A stretch of DNA of 63,718 nucleotides, counting the filler, from Octopus bimaculoides (Eukaryota): the NCBI RefSeq assembly GCF_001194135.2. It is 4 parts of 3 records of this genome, joined end to end, with 100 filler letters (N's around TTAATTAATTAA, not from the genome) between each part and the next. Parts side by side here need not be neighbours in the genome. Positions count along the whole stretch, not along the records: positions 49,952 to 54,900 come from NC_068986.1; positions 55,001 to 63,718 come from NC_068983.1; 2 more parts are not named here. One strand, written 5' to 3'. Below, one piece after another: positions 52,449-63,718 of the stretch. Made by a program: the position numbers and the translations under genes. Below the pieces are notes generated by a model. The model had not been told where the DNA came from. It saw nothing but the letters and a program-made list of their open reading frames with translations, and made no database searches. Every line of letters begins with the position of its first letter. Position 1 is the stretch's first letter.

Positions 52449-52503
52449 GAAGTTTGTACGAAGTTTGTATGAAGTTTGTATGAAGTTTGTATGAAGTTTG
52501 TAC
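52449..52503. repeat. 11-bp tandem repeat x5
   Basis: GAAGTTTGTA(T/C). Confidence 0.95.
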
Positions 52504-53395
52504 GAAACATACGTACTGTTATAATATACTTATATATATATATATNNNNNNNNNNNNNNNNNNNNNNNNNNNNNNNNNNNNNNNNNNNNNNNNNNNNNNN
52601 NNNNNNNNNNNNNNNNNNNNNNNNNNNNNNNNNNNNNNNNNNNNNNNNNNNNNNNNNNNNNNNNNNNNNNNNNNNNNNNNNNNNNNNNNNNNNNNNNNNN
52701 NNNNNNNNNNNNNNNNNNNNNNNNNNNNNNNNNNNNNNNNNNNNNNNNNNNNNNNNNNNNNNNNNNNNNNNNNNNNNNNNNNNNNNNNNNNNNNNNNNNN
52801 NNNNNNNNNNNNNNNNNNNNNNNNNNNNNNNNTATATGATTGTGTACACAAGCAAGCACGCATATGTGTGTGTGAGTGTGTGAATGTACAAGTATATTTA
52901 TATATCTATGCATTTAACTATATATATGTGTGCGTGTGTGTGTGTGCATGTATATACACACACACACACATATATATACATACATACACACATACATACA
53001 CATATTTAAACTTAAACCTTCCTTGCCTGTGTTAAGAACTATGAACGCTACAAATACTAGCCATTAATAATCTCTCATCAGAAACACCGCCATGCATTGC
53101 CTCCATTGTGTAAGTAAAACAAAGCGCATAGATATTCTCTCTGTTCTCTTCTACACATATATGAAGAAAACGTGTGAGAAGAATCTTGTGAGGAATGGCA
53201 CATCCTCAATCAACCACGTTGACCTTTTACTTCCTGTCTTTCGTCATTTACGGCTCAAAACATCCAGAGATTTACTTGACATCTTCTCATATTGATGGTC
53301 TGATGTTCTGGTGACTCCGTCTAAAGCATAAAGCGGACGTTCTAAGTGATGGTGTTTATACATANNNNNNNNNNNNNNNNNNNNNNNNNNNNNNN

Positions 53396-53445
<50 letters not shown>

Positions 53446-53585
53446 AACAGAGGGACATTCGCACTAAAGGTTACACATAATGCCTATGTATATATGTATG
53501 TATGTGATTAAGAACATGCGTATTTTGTAACATACGGACACAGACATATAAGGGAAGAAATAGAGAGACTAGCAAACATTACATA

Positions 53586-53588
53586 CAG

Positions 53589-53619
<31 letters not shown>

Positions 53620-53699
53620 GAAAAAGAGAGAGAGAGAGAGAGAGACAGATAGATATATAGATACATAGATAGATATACATGTGCGTTTGTGCGTACACC

Positions 53700-53769
<70 letters not shown>

Positions 53770-53800
53770 GGCTGACAGACACAGACAGAGAAACAGGGAA

Positions 53801-53849
<49 letters not shown>

Positions 53850-54179
53850 ATGAGAGACAAATGGAGATATACATAAATTGATAGACAGACAGGCGTGTAG
53901 ACTGACACTGAGAGACAAACATTTAGACGGATTGGTAATGTGACGGATAAAACAGTCAAGCAGGCTGGCAAACATTGTCAGAGACAGAGAGAGACAGAGA
54001 GAGACAGAGAGAGACAGAGAGACAGACCAACCGACAGACTGACAGCTAGAGAGATACATACTACAACCCTGTGCACAAAGATAATATACATATGACCAAT
54101 GTTAAAGAGACAGATAGAGAAAAAGAGAGAGAGAGAGACAGTCAGTCAGACAGACAGACAGACAGACAGACTGACAGAC

Positions 54180-54222
<43 letters not shown>

Positions 54223-54240
54223 GAGATAGATAGATAAAGA
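53586..54240. repeat. compound GA/GATA/GACA microsatellite region
   Basis: direct read. Confidence 0.9.
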
Positions 54241-54586
54241 GTGTATCCTGATATAAGATGAAAGAAGCAGGCCATATATACGTCTTTATATGTGATTGTA
54301 CCAAAGAACTATTAGACATACATATTTTACTCAAAGAAAAAACAAAAAAACAAAAAAAAAAGAAGAAAAAAAATGTGGCCATATACAGAATCGTTCCATA
54401 TGAATTTAGCACACATGAGCGTGTCTGTATTATTGTAGTTATGTACATAAGAAACTGTTTATACTGTACACTCTGTACAAAGAACTCACATACACATACC
54501 TGCACATAAAAATAAACGCACATACACGCGCGTGTGTGGCTGTGTGTGAGTGTGCATCTATCTATACATAGCTATCTATCTATTTA

Positions 54587-54625
<39 letters not shown>

Positions 54626-54674
54626 ATTTCTCTCTCTCTCTTTCTCTCTCTCCCTTTCTCTCTCTCCCTTTCTC

Positions 54675-54716
<42 letters not shown>

Positions 54717-54719
54717 GCC

Positions 54720-54870
54720 GAAATTGCAAAGATAATCTGGAACTCGACTGAGGAAAGAAAACTCCGAATGACTCGTCTTTGTTTTCTTTGTATCGTCTGT
54801 CTGGATGTCTTGTCCCTTTTTTGTATCACCTAGCCGTCTGGATGTTTCGCGTAGTACTTATCCTATTTTT
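54720..54870 (+). mobile_element. Penelope-like terminal repeat fragment (weak hammerhead-like core)
   Basis: CTGAGGA (54748) ..CTCCGAATGACTCGTC; related to 11640-11776. Confidence 0.3.
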
Positions 54871-55000
54871 GTATTATATATACATATATATATATATATA
54901 NNNNNNNNNNNNNNNNNNNNNNNNNNNNNNNNNNNNNNNNNNNNTTAATTAATTAANNNNNNNNNNNNNNNNNNNNNNNNNNNNNNNNNNNNNNNNNNNN

Positions 55001-55530
55001 GGCCTCGCACATCCTTTCAGGTTCGAGTAATTCGCGCCCTTCTTCATCTGTCAGAGACCTAATGGTGGCTCTGTTGCCTCGTTGCGCCTACGCTACTCGG
55101 GCCTCTCGGGCCGCTCCAACTCCCTCGTCCCTCAGAGCACGCATCCTAGCTCTGACAACGCATCCTTCGTGTTTGGCGTTGAAGTGTTGGTCGAGGGCCA
55201 ACCTCGCCGCCACTATGTTGGACGCGATGCCAGTACTAAGTGCCTCTTCTAATTTCTTAACTAGGTCTCCCTCTAATCTATTTCGGTCTAACGCTAGGGC
55301 CTTACTGTACCTAACCGATTTTGACTTGATTACTTTTTTTTTTGAGGGCATACCACCATCTGTTGTTGATGATGGCACTCGTTAATGCTCTCTTAACTAA
55401 AGTGCTAATCCGGTCCCTGTAAGCATGGCGTGCCGTGAACGACGCGTTCAGCTTCCAGTAACCGGGACCCTGTCTATGTGTCTTATCTAAGTCAAGCGTA
55501 CAAGTGACAAATTTGTGGTCTGTGTAGCTG
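55001..55530 (-). mobile_element. Tx1/L1-clade ORF2 fragment: end of APE endonuclease plus linker
   Basis: SYTDHKFVTCTLDL..GPGYWKLNAS..RWWYALK..YSKAL..GCVVRARMR..QRGNRATIRSL. Confidence 0.85.
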
Positions 55531-55539
55531 ACTATGTGG

Positions 55540-55594
55540 AATTATAGTTAGATAGATAGATAGATAGGTAGATAGATGGATGGATGGATGGATG

Positions 55595-55641
<47 letters not shown>

Positions 55642-55700
55642 GGATGGATGGTTGGATGGATGGATGGATGGATGGATAGATAGATAGATAGATAGATAGA
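55540..55700. repeat. (GATA)n/(GATG)n microsatellite
   Basis: direct read. Confidence 0.95.
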
Positions 55701-56057
55701 TACATACATACATATATACATACATAAATACACACATACATACATAAACATACATGCATACATATATGTATGTATGAATATGCATGTATGTTTATGGATA
55801 CACGTGCTATATATACATGTATGCATACAAATACATACATATACACACACAGAGACAAAGACACACACACATACACACACATAAATATATCTGCATGCAT
55901 GTGTGTGGAGGCGTGTGTTCTATCCTTTCGTTTCTCATTCCACCATTCTTCATCATGGCAATTTTGCTGCGGTTTTTCTTGTAATCATTAATTTTTGATA
56001 TCTAGGCTGCTGATTTTGTTTTCATACTCAGCTTTCAGATTTAGATTTCATTCAGAT

Positions 56058-56134
56058 TTCTTCTTCTTCTTCTTCTTCTTCTTCTTCTTCTTCTTCTTCT
56101 TCTTCTTCTTCTTCTTCTTCTTCTTCTTTTTGTT

Positions 56135-56169
<35 letters not shown>

Positions 56170-56288
56170 TATTATTATTATTATAGTTCAGTAGTTTTAT
56201 TTTTATAACGTGCTTTCACTTCACTACCGAGCGCAGCTCTGTGCGCCTTGGGTATGTGCTGTGGTTTGCTGTGGTGCTCTTATGTTTA

Positions 56289-56325
<37 letters not shown>

Positions 56326-56331
56326 GTTATT

Positions 56332-56378
<47 letters not shown>

Positions 56379-56496
56379 TATTATTATCATTATTATTATT
56401 ATATGTTTGACTTCTGCTTTGTATTTGTACAAGTTGACTGTAAGTCTCACCCAGAGACCTCACGAGACAAGTTAGATGTTCATGTTGGTGTTGGTG

Positions 56497-56555
<59 letters not shown>
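56058..56555. repeat. cluster of (TTC)n, (ATC)n and (ATT)n tracts
   Basis: direct read. Confidence 0.9.
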
Positions 56556-56779
56556 GGTTGTCTTTCTTTTACATCGTTTATGTAGATTTTCAGCGTTGGT
56601 GTTTAATGCAAATAATAATAATATTATCGATACTAACAAAAAATCACTACGACAAGATATGCACTAGCAATAATATTAATTTTTTGTCTATTAGTTTTCT
56701 GAATAGTGTTTATTTATTTTTCGTTGTTGCTATAGCTGTTTTATTATGAAAAACCATTGCTATTGTTATTAGTGTCATT

Positions 56780-56995
56780 ATTTGTGAGGCACCGAGAGAA
56801 GAGTGTCTAGATACCAAAAAAATTACAGTCTTTAGTTACTGATTTGTAACTTCTGAGTTCAAATACCACCGAGGTCAACTTTGCCTCCCATTCTTTCTGG
56901 GTAGATAAAATAAAATACCGGCTAAGTATAAGGGTAAATCGACTAACTCCTCCCCTTTAAAATTTTAGAGCTTGTGCCTTAATAAGAAGCCATTA
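56780..56995 (+). mobile_element. SINE B monomer
   Basis: CTGAGTTCAAATACCACCGAGGTCAACTTTGCC...GAGCTTGTGCC. Confidence 0.75.
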
Positions 56996-57339
56996 TTGTT
57001 TTGCGATATTGCTATCATTTATTTATTAGATAAGGATGGTAGACTTAAAAGGGTGATATAATAAATTCATGATGGCGCAGTGTTGCCTTTTAACGCTTTA
57101 ACGGCAAATCAATAAGTTTTGCCATTCACCCTTCACATATTCGATTATGCTTATCATTTTCTGTTTTTCATTCTCTCTTTGTAATTGACCATAAAATAAT
57201 GCTGACGCTAAGCTAATTGGCCATATACCGGCTTTAAAGGTTTTGGCCTAGTACGTATGCTAGAAACCAATTTAGATATGGATGATCCCTAGCATCTGGA
57301 TAACTAGCAGAACATATAGGAATAAAAAATACAGAAAAT

Positions 57340-58000
57340 GGATTGTAAAGGAAGGATCAGACCCTTAATGATGTTGATTTGTTTGGAACAAGTTGAAATC
57401 ATAAGTTAAGCCCAGTCTGCAGTGAATATTTTGATGCCTGTAATGTGTTCACTGCTTTCGATTTTGCTGAAAAATCCTCTCTCTCCATGTATAGAAGGTT
57501 AAAATATATAAAGAAGAACATTCTCGGTGCGATTCTGGGTGTTCATGAGAATATTCTAAAGTGCTTTTTTTTTTCGAGGAGTAGGAGCAGATTCTAATTA
57601 TCGCTGTAAATTACAGCGTTACAGATTGTATTTGACAGTTGAAAGCAAAATTAGAGATAGTTCCATCTACAGGACTCGTTTGAGATGCAAGCTGAATCAA
57701 ACAATAAACAATGTATCCTGTACGCTCTTGCTCAGTGTCTGGAATAGCCTCTGTCTTGTGTAGAAGGGATTTAACTGCTGGCTGAATGTTTCGCTGAGAT
57801 TGAACAGTCTTCTTGCTTTGATAAGTTAGGGTGACCAGACTTCCTCAGCTTATGTGCTTCGCCGGAAACCAATTGTTGGATTTGTGCATTTGTATTTTTT
57901 GTGGACAGAGCCGACCTACTCTGGTCAAGCTTTCAAGTTTTTCCACGAATGTTAAGAGTAATTATGCACTGGGATCTTCTCCTATCCAATTAGTTTTAAG
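57340..58000 (-). mobile_element. possible highly decayed CR1-type LINE 3' part
   Basis: EVWSP*LIK..SQRN.. and QTGLNL.FQLVPNK remnants. Confidence 0.35.
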
Positions 58001-59521
58001 AGGGTGACGAGACCTATACAAATGCGTTTAGAAACAGATAGCATGAAACTGGTAGCTCACATTTTAATAGTAAATGCGTCAGACATTCGTGGGACTTTTC
58101 AGAATGCACCAGATAACCTTAAATGGATTTTGACCCTCACAAGTGGATCCTATTATTTTTGAGAATTCAATATAATAAAATGTTTTTGTAGAGCTTGCTT
58201 TTTTTTTTACTCTATCTAAATCCATACTGTTTGTATATTTCGTCCTTGTACTATACCCAACGTATTATGACAGTGTGTCCAATGAAAGCAATCATTATTA
58301 TTATATTAATAGTTGTATCATCATTTAATAGCAGCAGTGAAACAACAACAATAATATTAACATGGACAGAAACGGACGCACAAACAATTGCTGTGAAAAC
58401 AACAAAAGATCAATACTAACTGCACTTATGACAATAAGATTTTTGTTTGAAAGCAACTACAAAAACAACAACAACGATGATGATAATAGGAACTGTGTTG
58501 GAACGAATAAGAATTACAATGAAAATAACAATCAATAATAATTATGAAAATAAAGAAAATATGACAAACAAGGTGAACTATGAGAGCAATGATAGTCATA
58601 GAAAAATGTATGGAAGACTGCAACAGCAGCAAGCGCAAGTAGAGAACAATGCCGAGAATGAATGTTCGAAGAACCACAACTATCGTATTGGTTACATACA
58701 TATCTATAGTCGACATATGGCCACACAGTATTTTTTTGAGGGGGAGAATTTTATGCAGATTAATCAAGCATACTACATCACTGGTATTTATTCTATCGAT
58801 ATCCAGCAAGCCATTTCATGACTTGAAATTATCGATCTTATTACGAACGAAGGTACATTTTGTGTCTGGAATTTGTTTTTTTACATCTCGAATAAAGATT
58901 GTTGAGTTAGAATGTCTCAAAAATACGTACCAAGGAGAATAGTGCTGTTTTCTAAAAACCTGCCTATATTTATTCTTAGACATACCTTATCTATAAATTT
59001 ACAGAGTAGATACGCATCACTCCAATTCGCCGTAAGATTCCTAAAGATACAACTATGCTGTCTTCTGCACAGTATTTCTCTATCTCTATTGATTATTTAC
59101 GTACAAAAGCACATATATTTACAACTATACATCCACAGACTTAAGATGCGTGTGCACACGAATACATTTGTGTGTATGCGGGTGTGCACGTCTGGGTGTG
59201 TATTTGAGGGTGTGTGGGGGAGCTGCGTTGTGCGTGTCTGTGTCTTTAGATATCTAAATCACGAGGACAGGTGACTGTTATGTTTAATGCTTGTCGATCT
59301 CTTCAAAAACTTCCTGGCCGTTGTCAGGAGATTGCTCGATTTCGGTAAATTACCTAAGATTATGCAGGTTCTAGTGTACTTTTGTTTCAGTTTTTTTATT
59401 GATGTATGCATCAGACGTTAGTTAAAACATGTTTCATTTCGATGGTATATGTTCTTAAACGGTTCTAGTTTATGATGGACATGTTTTTGCACAGCCTAAA
59501 ACCACACGTCCGCGGTTTTCG

Positions 59522-59554
<33 letters not shown>

Positions 59555-62500
59555 NNNNNNNNNNNNNNNNNNNNNNNNNNNNNNNNNNNNNNNNNNNNNN
59601 NNNNNNNNNNNNNNNNNNNNNNNNNNNNNNNNNNNNNNNNNNNNNNNNNNNNNNNNNNNNNNNNNNNNNNNNNNNNNNNNNNNNNNNNNNNNNNNNNNNN
59701 NNNNNNNNNATAAATATACATATACACGTGTGTGTGTTTATGTGCGTGTGTGTGTATATATATATATAGAGAGAGAGAGTGTTAGAAGTGGTGCACAGAT
59801 ATTGAATATTGAGAAAAGAGGAAGTCGTCAGAATTTTGGAAAAAGAATTTTTCTCATTTAGTTATTTTTATTAGCGCTTTCGAACTTGTCAAATAAAAGA
59901 GTGAATGTTCAAACAGGTCGTTCATTTATATAAATGATTTTTTTTCTTTTTTGTTTATAGAAAAGGAGAACATTATTTGGAGATATATAGACAGAAGGAT
60001 AGATACACAGACAGATAGAAAGACAGAGAGATAGATAGGTAGAGAAAGGGAGTGGGAGGGATTTCTTTTCGATTTGGAATGTTTTTTACCATTTATTTAT
60101 TTTGTTAATTTTTTTACTAAATGGTAAAAAAAGTAACTAAATAAATGGTCCTCTCTCTGCCTATCTATCTCTCTGTCTATCTATCTGTCTGTCTATATAT
60201 CTATCTATCTCTTTATCTATCTATCTACCTATCTATCTATCTCCATTGTCCTGGAACCTCACCCCACGCAAAAAAAAACAATGTCTTCCTCTTCTACAAA
60301 AAAATCTTGATTTATATAAATGAACAACCTGTTTGCAGATTTTCTATTTAATTTAACAAGTTCGAAGATGAACGAAGTGCTAATAATAACGACTAACTGA
60401 AAAAATTATTTTTCCATAACTCTCACGACATCCTCTGTTCTCAATGCATATATATATATGTATGTGTGTGTGTGCGTGTGTGTGTGTGTGTGTGTGTATG
60501 TGTGTGTGTGTGTGTGTGTGTGTATTCGCTTGTGTGTGAGTGTTTGTGTGTGCGCGCGCTCATCTGTGTGTATACATTCATACATACATACACACATATA
60601 TGCATATATATTTTCCGATTCTCTTGTCATTTGCTTAGTATGGGTGAGCACTAATGAATATTGTTCCAGTTAATGCTACATGATATATTATTCAAATCTA
60701 GTGGACATATATACTTAAGTCGTGAAGTATCGTTTTCAATATTTAAGTCCCGAAATATATACTCGTGTCGATGGTAAATTATTTTGAACCTATTGGTAGT
60801 TAACCACCACCATGTGTAGCTGCAGTTTGTTTCATGCTGTGGTGTTTATATCTGCACTACATGTTACGTTGCAAACGAGGCAGTTTGTGTCAACAGCGCT
60901 GAAGATATGTTGAAACTATAATTTCTAGGATGCGGTCTATGGTTTGAGTTTTCATATTTAGACGATTTCACTGAGCTGTAATTAACTGTTGGAATCTCTT
61001 TCAATATTGATTTGCTCTAGAGTATAATTTTTTACTTTGCGATCGTGTATGCGTTTGTGGCACTTTTGATTAGAATGGAATTATTTCTGAAGGTTTTTAA
61101 TAATATCCTGTCTATTGGTGTAACAAGTTGTATGTTGATTTAGTTGGACTAGATAAACTTTCTTTCATTCGTTATATCTGGGGTTTTTTTTTACTATGGT
61201 CGTGGTCTTTGCTTTGTATTTTGTCAAATTAATTTCTATTATCGTATTAATAACTCCAAATTAACTGTGCCAGAGAATATGTTGAAAGCATTTAGAACTA
61301 AAACACTACCACACACCATAAACGCATTTTGAAAATACGTAAGAAATACATATTTCTCTTTATAAGCTTATAATATAGTCATTGAAGTAAAATATAATGT
61401 CTCTTAGCAGTGAATAAAAACAAATATTATTGACTTATGCACAGCCATATCAAACAAAGAACAAATATTTGAAACTCTGTTATGTCTAATCATGTGCTTG
61501 CTTTATCGATTTATCTATGCACTGAAAATGCAGAATGATCAATCTACTCGAGGTTCGGCTTAAATCAGAATGTTGTTGTATGCCCGTCACAGCATAGTAT
61601 CAACGAACTACTGCCTCCATTTTCATAATATTAAAGCTTAAGCTCATAACTAACTAAATTAAATTTTACATTCTTTATTAAGCATCGATAAGTGTTTTTA
61701 ATCCATATTACATTTCGCATATTTTGTCAGTATGGAGAATAATTTTCCATGACTTTTATTTAATCTTTGGATTTGAGTTATTTCTTTTGTTCATATTACT
61801 TCTGTGAGTGTTTTAGGTGACATGCTGGTTGTTTATAGTACTCTCGTCTGTGGTGACTCTTATTCTGTCCATACACTGTCCTACCCGAGTTTTTCGTATT
61901 TCCTCCATGTTGTGTTTCTTCTGCTTGGATTTTCTTTTTAAACATTTTCTTAAAGCTATGTATTGTCACAAAACATTTTAGAATCATGCAGCTACTTAAC
62001 AAGTATCTCTTGTTTTAGGAAACCTTTGACTTTACAAACATCATCGTTATGATATAGTATTTATTTCAAATTTTTTCTCCTTCATTAGAGTTCTTTCGTT
62101 ATTTACTACTTCATAGATGAGGTTTTTCCATTTTATTTCTGTTTCTTCTGTATTTCTTTCCAATATATTTGATTATTCTTTTTTTATTTTTTTATTTTCA
62201 TGAATAAATGTGAACGAATATACATTTTCTTTTTGTAACTCCAACCGTTGTTTATTTTATTTCATTTAACCTAGTGATAATTATGAGTGTGTGTATTCAT
62301 CAATTCTGTTGTGGATTTTGTTATTTTACTGTTGATTTTGATTCGTGGCAATTACATTTGTAGGTTTATAGGAATTTTTTCTGTATATTTTATTCATTTA
62401 TTTTTTCTAGTGAAATTATATTATTCATTATTTCTATTAAAATTGCCTATTTTGAAATTTTCAACTTCCTTATTTATATTTTGGCTTGGTTTTCATTCGT

Positions 62501-63493
62501 CTGACTTCGGTTAATGTTTTCGGATTTCGTTTTCTTCTACTTCGTTATTTATGTCGTTTGTTTGCCATATGCTGCAGCTATTTTGGCGGTTTACATTCTC
62601 AAAGCTTCTATTTTTGTTGTATATTATTTTTATTGCACATTTTCAGTCCATTATTTCTGTTCTATGCATACATTCATTTAAGTGAATATTTTAAATTCTA
62701 ACATATTTTCGTCTTTGGAGAATATATCATCCGTTAAGACCCAACGTTATGCGTTGATCCGCATATTTTCACTTAAAGTTTTTTATGAGAATAGTATCAT
62801 AGTTTTCTTTGAAGGAAAGAGAGTTGTAGCCTAAAATATACATATAAAATAGAAACATCAGCCCTTTTCTTCTGTTATTTGCCACACTTGAGCGGATAAC
62901 TCACGTTTTTATTGTGAAATTTTCAAAATTACCGTCGAGTACCGGTTTATTGCTTCCTGCCGATATCGAGCTTTGCATGCTTCTTGTGCATCAAAATCAA
63001 AATAGACAAACTTCTTTTAGCATTGGAACGAAATGAATCATTCTTTTGTTTTTGTAATGTTTGTCACCTTCGTTTCGAGGAATGGAATGAATCTGTCTGT
63101 TGTTGATAGAATTATTTATCAGTCTTGCTTATAAATGATATCCAGAAAATTTTCAAAATGCATACGCAGTTTTGATATACATTTTGAGAATCCCTAAAAG
63201 AATTTTCAATTAATGAATCAAGTAGCGAATCAATGTTATTATTTCTGTTCTTGTTGCTGTTGTTATTTTATTAATTATTACTAACTAACCTGGCTCGTGA
63301 ATATTTCAAGGAATTAATAGTAAACCTATTGGGTTATTCCTGAAAACTTTCTCCAAAATACCTGAAAGCGTAGCCTGTGTTGTGTCTGTATCAAAAGATA
63401 GTCGTTCATCTTCTATTCATTGAAAAATGCAGGAAACTGGAATACGATGAATGCTTAATACACTTCATATATATATATATATATATTTTTTAA

Positions 63494-63718
63494 AGTTTCA
63501 GCTTAGAGCTGCGGCCATGCTGATGCACCACCATGTTGCTACACTGTTATTACAGGGAGCCTCTTACAATATGTGGCACTTGGTGAAGAATGGAGTTTGA
63601 TTTAGCAACCCTCATTTGCACCTCCTGCCGCGAGGTAGGTTCATCTGGGACTCTCGATAGGAAGAGGTCCAGCTTTGATTTAAAATCTCCTACACCTACT
63701 TTGTGCAGATTCCTCAGG
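63494..63718 (-). mobile_element. CR1/L2-group LINE 3' end, runs off the window edge
   Basis: Colinear close match to 9533-9757. Confidence 0.88.

Noticed and set aside
44850-55530. Tx1 pieces at 55.0-55.5 kb and 44.9-45.3 kb as one split element
   Set aside because: Order and strand fit, but the RT core is absent and the 55001 edge is an artificial scaffold join, so contiguity cannot be inferred.
58426-58821. Overlapping 124/127-aa ORFs
   Set aside because: They start in decayed AAC/AAT low-complexity sequence; no recognisable family or splice support.
60800-62050. Possible very old LINE RT on the minus strand
   Set aside because: Only faint motif echoes (NKS.., ENYSP..) that are too degenerate to support by eye. 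A profile HMM search would be needed.

Overview
AT-rich, gap-riddled eukaryotic draft sequence packed with microsatellites and transposable-element debris. The SINE families and simple-repeat load resemble Octopus; this is recognition from memory, not a search result. I cannot support any host protein-coding gene. Most predicted ORFs are simple-repeat or N-gap artefacts, and the real coding signal is all TE-derived. It comprises a ~3.1 kb decayed R4/Dong-type (RLE) LINE at 28.9-32.0 kb, 3' ends of a second RLE family at 3.6-5.7 kb, Tx1/L1 fragments, CR1/L2-type fragments, RTE 3' fragments, a mariner transposase relic and a Tigger-like MITE. There are also about 40 tRNA-headed SINE pieces from roughly five families (working labels A-E). 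Four signals stand out. (1) Several hammerhead-ribozyme-like motifs of the Penelope/retrozyme type occur, two of them inside a ~550 bp fold-back element at 33.1-33.6 kb. (2) The SINEs are modular, with 3' tails matching two different LINE clades in this window, including a terminal stem-loop with compensatory changes. (3) RLE LINE ends sit repeatedly in specific microsatellites. (4) A few weak exon candidates exist. All alignments and folds were done by eye, and many element boundaries are approximate.
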